The position numbers and the translations under genes were made by a program. Source: an uncultured Phycisphaerales bacterium (GTDB lineage Bacteria; Planctomycetota; Phycisphaerae; Tepidisphaerales; Tepidisphaeraceae). From it: 64,000 bases of DNA. The number at the start of each line of letters is the position of its first letter. The stretch's first letter is position 1. The notes under the pieces were generated by a model, which saw nothing but the letters and a program-made list of their open reading frames with translations, was not told where the DNA came from and made no database searches. Below, one piece after another: positions 34,691-45,177 of the stretch. The stretch lies in the NCBI GenBank assembly GCA_963755915.1, contig CAVWLP010000002.1, positions 3,872,001-3,936,000 on the forward strand. Direction: 5' to 3'.

Positions 34691-36090
34691 TCAAGCCGCG
34701 ATCGCCCTTGGCGTATATCCCCCATGCGCCAGATAAACCTTCAGCGCATCGAACACCTCCGGACAGATTCCCTCACCAGCCGCGCGTGCGAGAATGCTCA
34801 TCACTTCTTCCGACGTCAGGTCTTTGCGGTAAGGCCGCTTTGCCGCCAGGGCTTCGAACATATCCGCCACGCACAGCACTCGATCCGCCGTGGATAATTG
34901 GTCGCCGGGCAATCCGCGATGGTATCCCTTCCCATCCAGCCGTTCATGGTGCGAAGCTGCCAGCGATGCCAAATCTCGAAACCCGCTGACCTGTTGTAGC
35001 AATTGATACGTATACGCCGGATGCTTTCGCATTTCCGCCAGCTCTTCCGCCGTAAGCTTTCCGGGCTTGTCCAGAATCAGGTTCGAAATCCCCAGTTTTC
35101 CGATGTCGTGCAGCAATCCGGCGCGGCGTAGAATTTGACTCTCCGTCCGGCCAAAACCCATCGTCGTCGCGATGCCGCCCGCGATTTCGGCAACGCCTTC
35201 CGAATGTTGAAACGTCCACGGACTTTTCGCGTCGATCACCTGGGCGAACCCATGGGCAATCCGATCCAGCGTGGCGGCGTCCGCCGTCACCGACCGATCC
35301 TGCGGTTCAACCGCCGACACCGCGCCCCTCGGATCTTCCGTGAAAAACGTTTCCCAGAATTGTTCGTCGTTTCGGAAGGATATCATCGCCTGCACCAGTT
35401 CCGGATCGAACCATGTGCCGCTGCGCTCGTTCGCCATTTCATAGGCCGTTTCGATTCCCTCCTCGCGCGAAAACCTCCACCGTCTGCGCCAGCCCGAGAA
35501 TCCGCGCCAGCAGTGGAATGGCATCCCCGCGCAAACCTTCCGGATGCCCATGCCCGTCCCAGTGTTCGTCCAGCGAGCGAATCGCTTCCGCCGTCGCCTC
35601 GGGAAAATGCAGCTCGCGCGCAATCTTCGCCCCGCGCTCGCACGCGCAATTCAATCAGCTCCCGCGCCCCCTTCGGCCCCGCCAGGGCGACCTTCGCCAG
35701 TCGCCCTGCCTTTTGCAACAACGATCCTTCCGGCGCTACGGCCCCCGCGGCATAGGCAAGCGCGGACGGCATGCTCGACCAGTTCACCGTCTTGATCCCC
35801 CCCTTCACTTTCCGATCGTCCGCGCCGAACAGAAAGCACATCTTCGAAGCGTTCGTCGAACACCCCAGATCTTTCATCAACAGCGCGTAAAATAGCGCCG
35901 CGCTCTGGTCCAGCGGCAGCTTCAATTCCCGCGCTAACCGCATCCCGAAATAACAACTCCGCGCCGCATGTCCTTGTGGCTGCCCCTCTGTCAAATCCAG
36001 CGCATACGACAGCGCACCGATGACCTCCGAAAATCTAATTTCAACATTTTTTATCGAACCGATTGCGTCGAGGTGTGCTAACGAAGTCAT
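34691..36090 (-). CDS. Tandem HD / HD-GYP family phosphohydrolase (frameshifted)
   Basis: LMKDLGC, HWDGHGHPEGL, LLHDIGK, HHERLDGKGY. Confidence 0.85.
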
Positions 36091-36244
36091 TGCCGATATT
36101 TCATCGACGGGATGAGTCGTCGTGATCGTTCCCCCCCGCCCCTTCTATCGCGAACAACCCGTCCAGATGGCTCTTCAGCCCCCTACATCCTGCCCAATCG
36201 CTACAATCCTCTCAGACCGGCAGTCCCCATGCCCCCGAACAATT

Positions 36245-37040
36245 TCATTTCACATCCGGCAACGGCGCCGCCGGCGGGTGCGAAAACGGTGTCTCATCGC
36301 GCAACCGCAAAGCGATATCCGCCAGAATCCGATCGTCCACCATCGCCGCCGGGTGTGGTGGCAATAGCGAATCGTTCGCGAGCCACAGAGCCGTTTCTCC
36401 CGGCGGAGCCGCATACTCCTCGCCGATGATGTCGTCGTTCAGAAGTACATAAGGATAGATCTTGTAACTCGCCGTGGCGTCCGCGGCCGCTACTTCTTTA
36501 AGGAAATACGACCCCGGTCGAAGCTGCCGGTCAAATTCCGTGACCGCCGCGCTCTCGGCAAATTTCGCCCCCGATTGCGGGCTGCTGATGCAGAACAGCC
36601 GCCCGATTCGCAGCCGCCGCGGATGCGCCAAATCGGGCGACGGCGCCGCCGCATACCGCGCCACCAATCCTCCCAGCGAAACTCCCACCACATCCACTTC
36701 GCTCGTCCAGACCGGATCGTGATTCGGGCACGCCTCGTCCACCGCTTCGATCACCTTATCCCGGCAATCCCCGAAACTGTTGCAGAACCCCACCGAAACC
36801 GGAATCAGCAGCGCATTGCTCGAAACCTTTTCAAAAAACAATTTCTGATACGTCGGTACGACATTCGGATCCATGTAGCCGCCTACCAGCAGCACCGGCC
36901 GCTGAAGCGGCCGAGGATCCGCGCATCTGATCGATCGCCTGCTGCGCTTCTTTGTCGGTCACCGGAAACGAAGGATTCACCGGCGCGGCCGAGCACCCCG
37001 CAAGCAGCAGCACTAAAACCCCGACGCGTACAATCCACAT
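36245..37040 (-). CDS. Alpha/beta-hydrolase lipoprotein, paralog 2 (frameshift near 36910)
   Basis: LAGC lipobox, VDVVGVSLGGLVARYAAAP, LLNDDIIGE. Confidence 0.75.
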
Positions 37041-37134
37041 AAGCGGCCGATATAGCCGCACAGCGCCGAAGCGTCAACGGGTTTACCCGCTTCCAATCCC
37101 GCGCGATTTTTCTAATCGCCCTCCGGAGCAATGG

Positions 37135-37317
37135 TCAGGCAGAAGTATCGATCTTCTGCCCTTTGTCCATGTCTCCCGCGGACGAAACTTCCAGGCCGTC
37201 TCCGCCGCCTTTTTCGTTTTCCATCGCGACTGGCGGTTGTGCCGGCTGGCTGGGCGCTTGCTTGTCAATCTGAACGAGCCGCGCTTCTAACTGACTCGCA
37301 ACACTCGGAATTTCCAT
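37135..37317 (-). CDS. Small protein, YjfB/motility-protein-like tail
   Basis: GGAGGT RBS; ends DKGQKIDTSA; TCCGATAA sigma28-like box at 37347-37354. Confidence 0.5.
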   Translation of the reverse strand: MEIPSVASQLEARLVQIDKQAPSQPAQPPVAMENEKGGGDGLEVSSAGDMDKGQKIDTSA

Positions 37318-37432
37318 AAGACCTCCCGTAAAACACGACAACCGTGTTATCGGATCAGTCACGCGGTTCCGATAAACTGAATATAGAATGAAGGGATGAC
37401 AATCTAATAAGCGGTGAGCCCCAATTTGCGCG

Positions 37433-39169
37433 TTATCTCGCTGCCGGCCCGTGCGTATGCGACGGGTCCGACATCGTCGCCGCGTAAACCGGCAGGCGGA
37501 TCGTAAACGCCGTCCCCTCCCCCTGTTTGCTCTTCACGCTGATCGACCCGTCGTGCTCATCGATGATTTTTTTCGCCACTGCCAACCCCAGCCCCGTGCC
37601 CCGGTTTCCTTTTGTCGAGTGGAACAGCTCAAACATGTGGCTCATCAGATTTGGCGGAATCCCCACGCCATTGTCGATCACTTCGATAATCATCTGCTTG
37701 GCTTCGCCGTTATACCGACTCACCACGCGAATGAGCCCCTTCTGCGGCTCGACCGCGTCGAGCGAATTGATGAGCAGATTCATCAAAACCTGGTGCAGCC
37801 CGTCCGGATCGGCTGGCACCGCCGGGATGTCCGGCTCGACGTCGGCGACCACCATAACGCCTTTGTCGTTGGCGCCGGAGGCGATCAACTCGACGCATTC
37901 GTCAACCACGACCTTCGGGTTGATCTGCTCCAGCTTGGGCTCGCGCGGGCGGCTGTAGGCGAGGAGGTTCATCGTCAGATTGTAGATTTTCTCAAGGTTG
38001 CGATCGACGATGCGCCAGCCCTTGGCCGCCTGGGGAAGGTTTGAAGTTCGCAGGCCGATCTCGACGACATCGGCCCCGCCGCGGAGGGCCTGGAGGATAT
38101 TCTTGATGGAGTGGGAGAGCGCTGCCGTGGTTTCACCAATGGCGGCGAGACGCTCGGCATGCAGACCGGCGTGATAGAGCCGGGCGTTGGTTGCGGCAAG
38201 GCCGGCCTGAAGTCCAATTGCGGTCAGAAGACGCAACTGGTCTGGGGCATAGGTGTAATTCTTTACGGAGCTGTCGATGTATATCACGCCGAGGATTTCG
38301 AATTCATTTTTACCGGAAAGCTTCGCGGCCTTGATCGGAACGCAGAGCGCGCTGCGGATGCCCAGGCTGTGAACGCTCTTGCCGGCGCTGAACCGGCGGT
38401 CGGCCATCGCGTTGCTGGAAAGAACGCCTTCGCCGCTGGAGAGGACGTGATTGATGATCGTCCGCGAGGCGTGGATCTTTTCCGGCTGCGGCTTGGGGCC
38501 GTTTTCGGTTTCGACCGCGATTTTGTCGTCCTCGCCCTTGGCTTTTGCGTTTCCGCGATCGGTGTCCTCGCGCGTGCGCACGACCTTGGGAATCAGTTCG
38601 CCCTTTTCCCCGACCAGGAAAATGATCCCCCGATCGGCTTTGACGTGCTCGAAGACCAGGTCCATGACCACTTCCATCACCTGGTCGATGCCGAAGCTGC
38701 TGCCGAGGGCGGCGCCGAGCTGGTAGAGGATTTTGAGGTTGGTCATCGCGACGGCAGCCGGTTCGGGAACGGCGAGGACCATGGAATCGTCGGCGGAGGT
38801 GACGGTGTGCATGATGGAGCTGTCCATGCCGGCTTCGGCGCCGGTGAGGGAGACGTTACCGCCGCTGGTGCGGGTGACGCCGGGCTGGGCGCCGAAGACC
38901 ATGAGGGTTCGGCCGACGCGAATCTGGTCTCCGAGCTTCAGGGCATAGCGGTTGTTGACGCGGGTCCCGTTGACGTAGCTGCCGTTGGAGCTGCCCATGT
39001 CTTTCAGGACCCATTTGCCCTCATCGGGGAGGAGCTCGGCATGGCGGCGGCTGACGGTGTTGTCGGTGATGGGAAGCTGGCGGCTCTCGCGGCCGATCAG
39101 CACGGGGGCATCGGGCAGCTCAAATCGGCGTCCCTTGTCGGGGCCTTGTAGAACCAGAAGGGTGAGCAC
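37433..39169 (-). CDS. FHA-GAF-histidine kinase
   Basis: IGR..VSRRHA..DMGSSNGSYVNG (FHA), GAF, SHSIKN H-box, DNGVG, GTGLGL. Confidence 0.9.
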   Translation of the reverse strand: MLTLLVLQGPDKGRRFELPDAPVLIGRESRQLPITDNTVSRRHAELLPDEGKWVLKDMGSSNGSYVNGTRVNNRYALKLGDQIRVGRTLMVFGAQPGVTRTSGGNVSLTGAEAGMDSSIMHTVTSADDSMVLAVPEPAAVAMTNLKILYQLGAALGSSFGIDQVMEVVMDLVFEHVKADRGIIFLVGEKGELIPKVVRTREDTDRGNAKAKGEDDKIAVETENGPKPQPEKIHASRTIINHVLSSGEGVLSSNAMADRRFSAGKSVHSLGIRSALCVPIKAAKLSGKNEFEILGVIYIDSSVKNYTYAPDQLRLLTAIGLQAGLAATNARLYHAGLHAERLAAIGETTAALSHSIKNILQALRGGADVVEIGLRTSNLPQAAKGWRIVDRNLEKIYNLTMNLLAYSRPREPKLEQINPKVVVDECVELIASGANDKGVMVVADVEPDIPAVPADPDGLHQVLMNLLINSLDAVEPQKGLIRVVSRYNGEAKQMIIEVIDNGVGIPPNLMSHMFELFHSTKGNRGTGLGLAVAKKIIDEHDGSISVKSKQGEGTAFTIRLPVYAATMSDPSHTHGPAAR

Positions 39170-39255
39170 GGATTCAGTTTATCTCGCGCCGCGGCGGGTT
39201 GACCAGAAATCTTCGCGGACGCAGAATGGCAGTCGAAAATTCTCAAGGAGTCGCC

Positions 39256-40050
39256 ATGAGCCTTCTAGCCGGTAAAAAAGGATTAATCCTCAACATCGCC
39301 AACGACCGCAGCATCGCGGCGCACATTGCCCAGCATGCCGTGCGAGAGGGGGCCAAGTGCGGGTTTGGGTTTCTGCCGATGGATAATCCGGAAAAGTCGG
39401 AGCGGCGCGTCCGCAAGGCGATGGAGGAGATGGGGTTTCCGGATGAATGGCTCTTTCCTATCGACGTCTCGAAGGATGAGCGGATTGATAAGTTTTTTGC
39501 GGCGGCGCGGGAGAAGTTCGACAAGATCGATTTTCTGGTGCACTCGCTGGCGTTTGCGGATCGGGCCTATCTTCAGAAAAACTATGGGAACTTCACATCG
39601 ACGCCACGAGCGGCGTTTGCGCAGGCGGTGGATATCAGCGCGTATAGCCTGCTGGCGCTGGCACGGGCGGCGGCGCCGCTGATGACGGAGGGGGGATCGA
39701 TCATCGCGCTGACTTATCTGGGCGGCGAAAAGGTTGTGCCGGGGTATAACGTGATGGGTGTGGCGAAGGCGGCGCTGGAGGCAACGGCGCGGTATCTGGC
39801 GTTTGATCTTGGGCCGAAGAGAATTCGGGTGAATACGGTGTCGGCGGGGCCGGTGCGGACGCTGTCGGCGATGGCGGTGGGGGGGATCGATGAGATGTTT
39901 GCGCATGTGGAGCGGAAGGCGCCGCTGCAGCGGAATATTTCCGCGGAGGAAGTGGGGAAGACGGCGGTATACCTTTTGAGCGATTTATCCAGCGGGGTGA
40001 CGGGGGAGAATATTTATGTGGATGGGGGGTTCAGTACCGTGGGGTTATGA
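39256..40050 (+). CDS. fabI: Enoyl-ACP reductase
   Basis: ANDRSIA, DFLVHSLAFA, YNVMGVAKAALE, SAGPVRTL. Confidence 0.95.
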   Translation: MSLLAGKKGLILNIANDRSIAAHIAQHAVREGAKCGFGFLPMDNPEKSERRVRKAMEEMGFPDEWLFPIDVSKDERIDKFFAAAREKFDKIDFLVHSLAFADRAYLQKNYGNFTSTPRAAFAQAVDISAYSLLALARAAAPLMTEGGSIIALTYLGGEKVVPGYNVMGVAKAALEATARYLAFDLGPKRIRVNTVSAGPVRTLSAMAVGGIDEMFAHVERKAPLQRNISAEEVGKTAVYLLSDLSSGVTGENIYVDGGFSTVGL

Positions 40051-40239
40051 AGGGCACTGAACAGAACTGAACAAAACTGAACACTTTTTCGATTTTGATT
40101 AGTGAATGCTAGCTTGATAGAGCGGCGTAGGTGATGATGGGGGAAGGGGTTGGGGCGTTTTCTGGCTGATGGTCGGTTTTGGGCTGGAAAAAGTGTTCAG
40201 TTTGATGGGAAGTTGCGGTTTTGGCGGTTGGGGCGGGTG

Positions 40240-40351
40240 AAAAAAAAGATGCCCCGTCTTTGGGACGTGGCATCGGGTTGCTCCGTAGAGCAGTGCCTGC
40301 GAATCTTTCGTCTTGTTGCGAAAAGTCTCGCAGGACGGGATTGAATAGACT
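40240..40351 (-). ncRNA. tracrRNA
   Basis: Anti-repeat 40315-40351 pairs with the CRISPR repeat; followed by hairpins and GATGCCACGTC-GACGGGGCATC-T8 terminator; TATTCT -10 box 7 nt upstream. Confidence 0.85.
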
Positions 40352-40412
40352 GGATAGTAGAATAACTCCGGCTAGAGAGAGATGGGTCAAGGGCGCAAAA
40401 GCGGGAGTTCGG

Positions 40413-43400
40413 ATGGGACATAGGGTTCTTGGTTTGGATGTTGGTGCGAATTCGATCGGGTGGGTTTTGGTGGATCCCGATGAGGGAACGATCATCGCGA
40501 CGGGGGTTCGGGTTTTTCCGGAGGGGGTGGATAACTTCGATACGAAGAAGGAGAAGCCGAAGATGGAGGGGCGGCGGGTTGCGCGGGGGATGAGACGGCA
40601 GATTGCGCGGCGGGCGGGGCGGAAAAGAGAGCTTCGGCGATTGTTGACCGCGAAGGGTTTCCTGCCGCAGGATTCAGCCGAGCAGCGCGATCTCGATGGG
40701 GTTGATCCGTACGATCTCAGGCGACGAGCGCTGAGCGAAAAATTAACCGTGCATGAGATCGGGCGTCTTCTCGTTCATCTGAATCAACGTAGGGGATTTA
40801 AGTCGAACCGGAAGTCGGACCGCGGGAGGAAGGCGGACGACAAGGGGTTGCTGGGGGAAATCAATGCGCTGGCTGCGAAAATAAAGGAGGCGAATTGTCA
40901 GACGCTTGGTGAATACATGTCGGAGCTGCATGAGGACGCTCACACGCGGATTCGGAATCAGCATACGCGGCGCGACATGTTTGATACGGAATTCAAGGTT
41001 TGCTGGCAAAAGCAGCGGGAGCATCATCCGGAGGTATTGACGGATGAACTGAAGAAAGAGGTTCATCGGGTGATCTTTTTTCAGCGGGAGATTTATTGGC
41101 CGAAATCGGTGGTGGGGCGGTGCGAGCTGGAGCCGCGGGAGGCGCGGCGCCGCGGGCGGATCGGCTGGCGCAGCGGTTTCGGCTTCTGCAAGAGGTAAAC
41201 AATCTGCGGTACTTTGATCCTGGCACGGGAGGAGAGAGGGCTCAGTGCGGAGCAGCGGATGCTCTTGCTGGATAAATTGTCGCGTGTTGAAAAGATGGAT
41301 TTTGAACGGATTCGCAAGGCAATGGGATTCATCGATTCGATTGCATTTAATCTGGAGCGCGGGAATCGCAAGGCGCTGAAGGGGATGCCGACGGATTATG
41401 CGCTGGCAAAGAAAGAGTTGTTTGGGCCGGCGTGGCACGAATTTTCGGAATCGAAGAAGAACAAAATCGTTCGAGAATTGATTGATGTGAAGGATGAGGA
41501 ATTGCCGGCGCTGGCGGCGAAATGGGGCTTGCCGGCGGAGTCTGTGGAGTGTCTGGGGGCGGTGGATTTTCCGGATGGGTATGCGGCGCTGAGCCGGGTG
41601 GCGCTGGAGAAACTGGTCCCGCACATGGTGCGTGGGCTGCTTTATATGACGGATGATGAGACGCCGTGTGCGCTGACGGAGGCGGGTTACCTTCGGCCGG
41701 ATAAGAGGGAGCGGAAGGTGTTGGCGGAGCTTGGGGAGCCGCCGGAGATTGCCAATCCGGTGGTGAGGCAGGCGATGTTCGAGTTTCGGAAACTTGTGAA
41801 TGCGATTATCCGGGAGCACGGGAAGCCGGCACGGATTCATATTGAGCTGGCGCGCAACGCGACGATGTCGTCGGAGGAGAGGCAGAAGGCGTCGAAGCGG
41901 AGGCAGGAAAACGAAAAGTTGCGGGATGAGGCGGCGGAGATGATTCGTTCGGCGGGGATTAGGGTTTCGCGCGACGGGATAGACCGGGTTATTTTGTGGC
42001 GTGAGCAGGGGGCTAACTGCGTTTACAGCGGGCGAGCGATCAGCCTGACGCAATTGCTCCAGGGTGAGGTGGACATCGACCATATTCTTCCGCGGTCGCG
42101 ATGCCTGGACGATTCAATGGCGAACAAGGTGGTGGCCTTTCGGGAGTTGAACCACTTGAAGGGGAATCGGACGCCGCGAGAGTGGCTGGAGAGTGAACCT
42201 GAGCGATACAACCAGGTGCTGCTACAAGCAGCGGGGCTTGCATATGCCAAGCGCAAGCGTTTTGCGCAGAAAGAGCTGGAGCTGGATAAGTTCGTTCTTC
42301 GGCAGTTGAACGATACGCGATACATCGCGCGGGAAGCGGCGCGGTATCTTCGGACGATTGTCGATGAGCCGCATCATGTTTTGTGTCCGAAGGGGAGCCA
42401 TACGGCGGAGCTTCGGAGACACTGGGGGCTGAACACGGTGCTGCGGGAACTGGCGGACAGTCCGGGGTGGAGCGCGGAAAGCGATTTGCGCGATGGGGAG
42501 AAGGATAGGTCGGACCATCGACATCATACGATCGATGCGCTGGTTGTTGCGCTGACGGACCAATCGCGGTTGCAGCAATTGGCGAGGATTCAGCGGGAAG
42601 GGGGGACGGAGACGACGGGTGAGGTATTGCCTGAACCATGGCCGCACTTCCGCAGCCTCGTAGTTGGGGCACTGCAGCAAATTTGCGTATCGCATCGTGT
42701 TCAAAGGCGTGTTAGCGGAGCGCTCCATGAGGAGACGATTTATGGTCCTATCCGACGGCGGGATGTTCATGGCGAGTTGGTGGCGAAACCCGACGAGTTT
42801 GCGGTTCGCAAGCCGTTGGAGGCGCTTACGATTTCCATGGTCCATAACATCCGGGATAAGGCGATCCGGGCGCTCGTCTGGGGGCATTGAAAGAGCGAGG
42901 TATTGAGTTCGCTAATGGGGCCAAGGGGACGATTCCGAAGGAAGTTTGGAACCCCCAACTGAGGATGGCGTCGGGCGTGCCGATCAAGCGGGTCCGGATT
43001 TGCGTGGCGATGGGTTCCGAGAGTGTTGCGCACCTGAAAGACGGAAGAATTGTGGCGAAGGGGAGCAATCACCACGTTGAGATTTTCAAGGACGGGCGCG
43101 GCCATCGAATGGCACGCATTGTTTCTACATTTGACGCTGCCCGGCGGATCGTACAACGGCAGCCCGTGATCGATCGAAGTGCGCCGCCCGGCTTTGAATT
43201 CGTGATGTCGCTTTCGATAAATGAGATGATTTTGGTTCCAGACTTACCCGTGGGCAGGGCGTTGCATCGTGTTCAGAAAATGGATGTAAATGGGTCGGTA
43301 ATCTTACGACCACATACGTATGCGGGACGCGCAAAAGATACGGATAAACCGCCACTGATTTTGCGGAGAAGCGGCACAACCCTTCGCGGGCAAAAGGTAA

Positions 43401-43441
43401 CCGTCGATACCCTTGGGCGGGTTCATCGGGCAAATGATTAA
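40413..43441 (+). CDS. cas9: Type II-C Cas9, ~1,000 aa (frameshifts near 41150, 41230, 42885)
   Basis: RuvC-I LGLDVGANSIGW, Arg-rich bridge helix, RuvC-II IHIELAR, HNH DIDHILP..DDSMANKV..N..KGN, RuvC-III HHTIDALVV. Confidence 0.95.
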
Positions 43442-44375
43442 GCGCACGATCGACATCTCGGAAGGTCCGACCTATCTGTCGATCGAGAACGATCAGTTGG
43501 TGCTGAAGCGCGGTGCGGATCGGATCGGGACGGTGCCGTGCGAGGACGTTGGGGTTTTGCTGGTGGATAATTTGGCGACGACGTATACGCACGCGGTGTT
43601 TACGCGGCTGGTGCATTTTGGGGCGGTGATTGTGCTGTGCGGTGCGAACCATTTGCCGGTGGGGATGGTGATGCCGATGGAGTCGAATGAACTGACGGCG
43701 CGGCGGATGCGGTTGCAGGCGTCGGCGGCGCTGCCGATGAGGAAGAGGTTGTGGAAGCAGATCGTGGAGGAGAAGGTGAGGCGGCAGGCGATGAACCTGG
43801 AGGCGGGGAGCGCAATGAGGCGGAGATTGGAGGCGATGGCGGGGGAAGTGAAGAGCGGGGACCGGACGAATGTGGAGGGACAGGCGGCGCGGTTTTACTG
43901 GCCGGCGCTGCTGGGGGCGGATTTTCGGAGGGATCCGGAGGGATTGCCGCCGAACAATCTGTTGAATTATGGGTATATCGTTTTGCGCAGCGCGGTGGCG
44001 CGTGCGCTGGTGGGAGCCGGCTTGCACCCGGTTTTTTCGCTTCAGCATTCGCATCGGAACAATGCGTTTGCGCTGGCGGACGATCTGCTGGAGGTTTTGC
44101 GGCCGCGGGTGGACCGGGCGGTGGTAGAACTGATGAGGGGGGGAGGGGGGTTTATTGACCGGGGATCGAAGGAGAAGCTGCTGGGGATATTGGCGGAGGA
44201 GGTTGAGCTGGGGGAGCAATCGGGGCCGCTGATGGTGCAACTGCACCGGATGGCGGCGTCGCTGTTGCGGTGTTATGAGGGGACGGGGAAGAGGCTGGAA
44301 TTGCCGGTATTTAAGGAAAAGTCGGGTCTGGATTCACAGGGAAAGGGGGAAATTGAAGCGCCAGACGTAGAATAA
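43434..44375 (+). CDS. cas1: Type II Cas1
   Basis: NVEGQAARFYW, NNLLNYGYIVLRS, HSHRNNAFALADDLLE. Confidence 0.95.
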   Translation: MIKRTIDISEGPTYLSIENDQLVLKRGADRIGTVPCEDVGVLLVDNLATTYTHAVFTRLVHFGAVIVLCGANHLPVGMVMPMESNELTARRMRLQASAALPMRKRLWKQIVEEKVRRQAMNLEAGSAMRRRLEAMAGEVKSGDRTNVEGQAARFYWPALLGADFRRDPEGLPPNNLLNYGYIVLRSAVARALVGAGLHPVFSLQHSHRNNAFALADDLLEVLRPRVDRAVVELMRGGGGFIDRGSKEKLLGILAEEVELGEQSGPLMVQLHRMAASLLRCYEGTGKRLELPVFKEKSGLDSQGKGEIEAPDVE

Positions 44376-44377
44376 GG

Positions 44378-44743
44378 TTGGTGAAGTGGGGCGCTGAGCC
44401 GGAGAATCAGGGCGTGGACCTGAGCGCGTACCGGCTTATGTGGCTGTTCGTAATGTTCGATCTTCCGGTGGATACGAAGGCGGCGCGGCGGGCGTATGCG
44501 CAGTTTCGGAAGTTTTTGCTGCGGGACGGGTTTGCGCAGGTACAATACAGCGTGTATGCCCGGGTGTGTCCGAGCGAGGAGAACATGCGGGTGCATGCAC
44601 GGCGGGTGGAGGGGCGTGTGCCGGATGATGGGGAGGTGAGGCTGATATGTATCACGGACAAACAGTTCGAGCGTCAGCTCATTTTCTGGGGGAAAATGAG
44701 GAAACGGCCGTTGGCGGCGCCGAAGCAGCTCGAGTTTTTCTGA
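44378..44743 (+). CDS. cas2: Cas2
   Basis: YRLMWLFVMFDLPV, FRKFLLRDGF..QYSVYAR, ITDKQFE. Confidence 0.95.
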   Translation: MVKWGAEPENQGVDLSAYRLMWLFVMFDLPVDTKAARRAYAQFRKFLLRDGFAQVQYSVYARVCPSEENMRVHARRVEGRVPDDGEVRLICITDKQFERQLIFWGKMRKRPLAAPKQLEFF

Positions 44744-44792
44744 GTCCGAATTGCGTTAACCTCCGTATCTACTGCGGGTTGCGGGCGGGAGG

Positions 44793-44946
44793 AGTCTATT
44801 CAATCCCGGCCTGAGAGCAATCCGCAACCGGGGCCCTTCGCTTCCGGCTTCGGTCGCAGAGTCTATTCAATCCCGGCCTGAGAGCAATCCGCAACGGATG
44901 ATCCGCCGCATAGCTGGCGCTGGCCGAGTCTATTCAATCCCGGCCT
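44793..44946 (-). CRISPR. Minimal CRISPR array: two full 36-nt repeats, one 20-nt partial repeat, two 31-nt spacers
   Basis: AGTCTATTCAATCCCGGCCTGAGAGCAATCCGCAAC at 44793-44828 and 44860-44895, partial 44927-44946; a shared flanking G could make it 37+30. Confidence 0.9.
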
Positions 44947-45027
44947 TGCCCGCATGGGGCGAACGCCGGAGGGGTGGGACATGGAGTTAGGGGGTGGCGT
45001 TCGCCCCATGCGGGCAAGGCCGGGATT
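44936..45027. repeat. Perfect 32-bp inverted repeat with 28-nt loop
   Basis: aatcccggccttgcccgcatggggcgaacgcc (44936-44967) / ggcgttcgccccatgcgggcaaggccgggatt (44996-45027). Confidence 0.9.
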
Positions 45028-45177
45028 TGGGGTGAGACGGGGAGCGCTTCGCGAGAGAGTGGAGCAGTAGAAAGTAGAGCAGTAGATGAAAGCGGAGTGG
45101 GATCTGCGGCATATCTGAGATTTGAGCATAGCGGTTCGACGGCGCTCAGCGAAATCTTCGACCGGGGTGGGTTCGAT

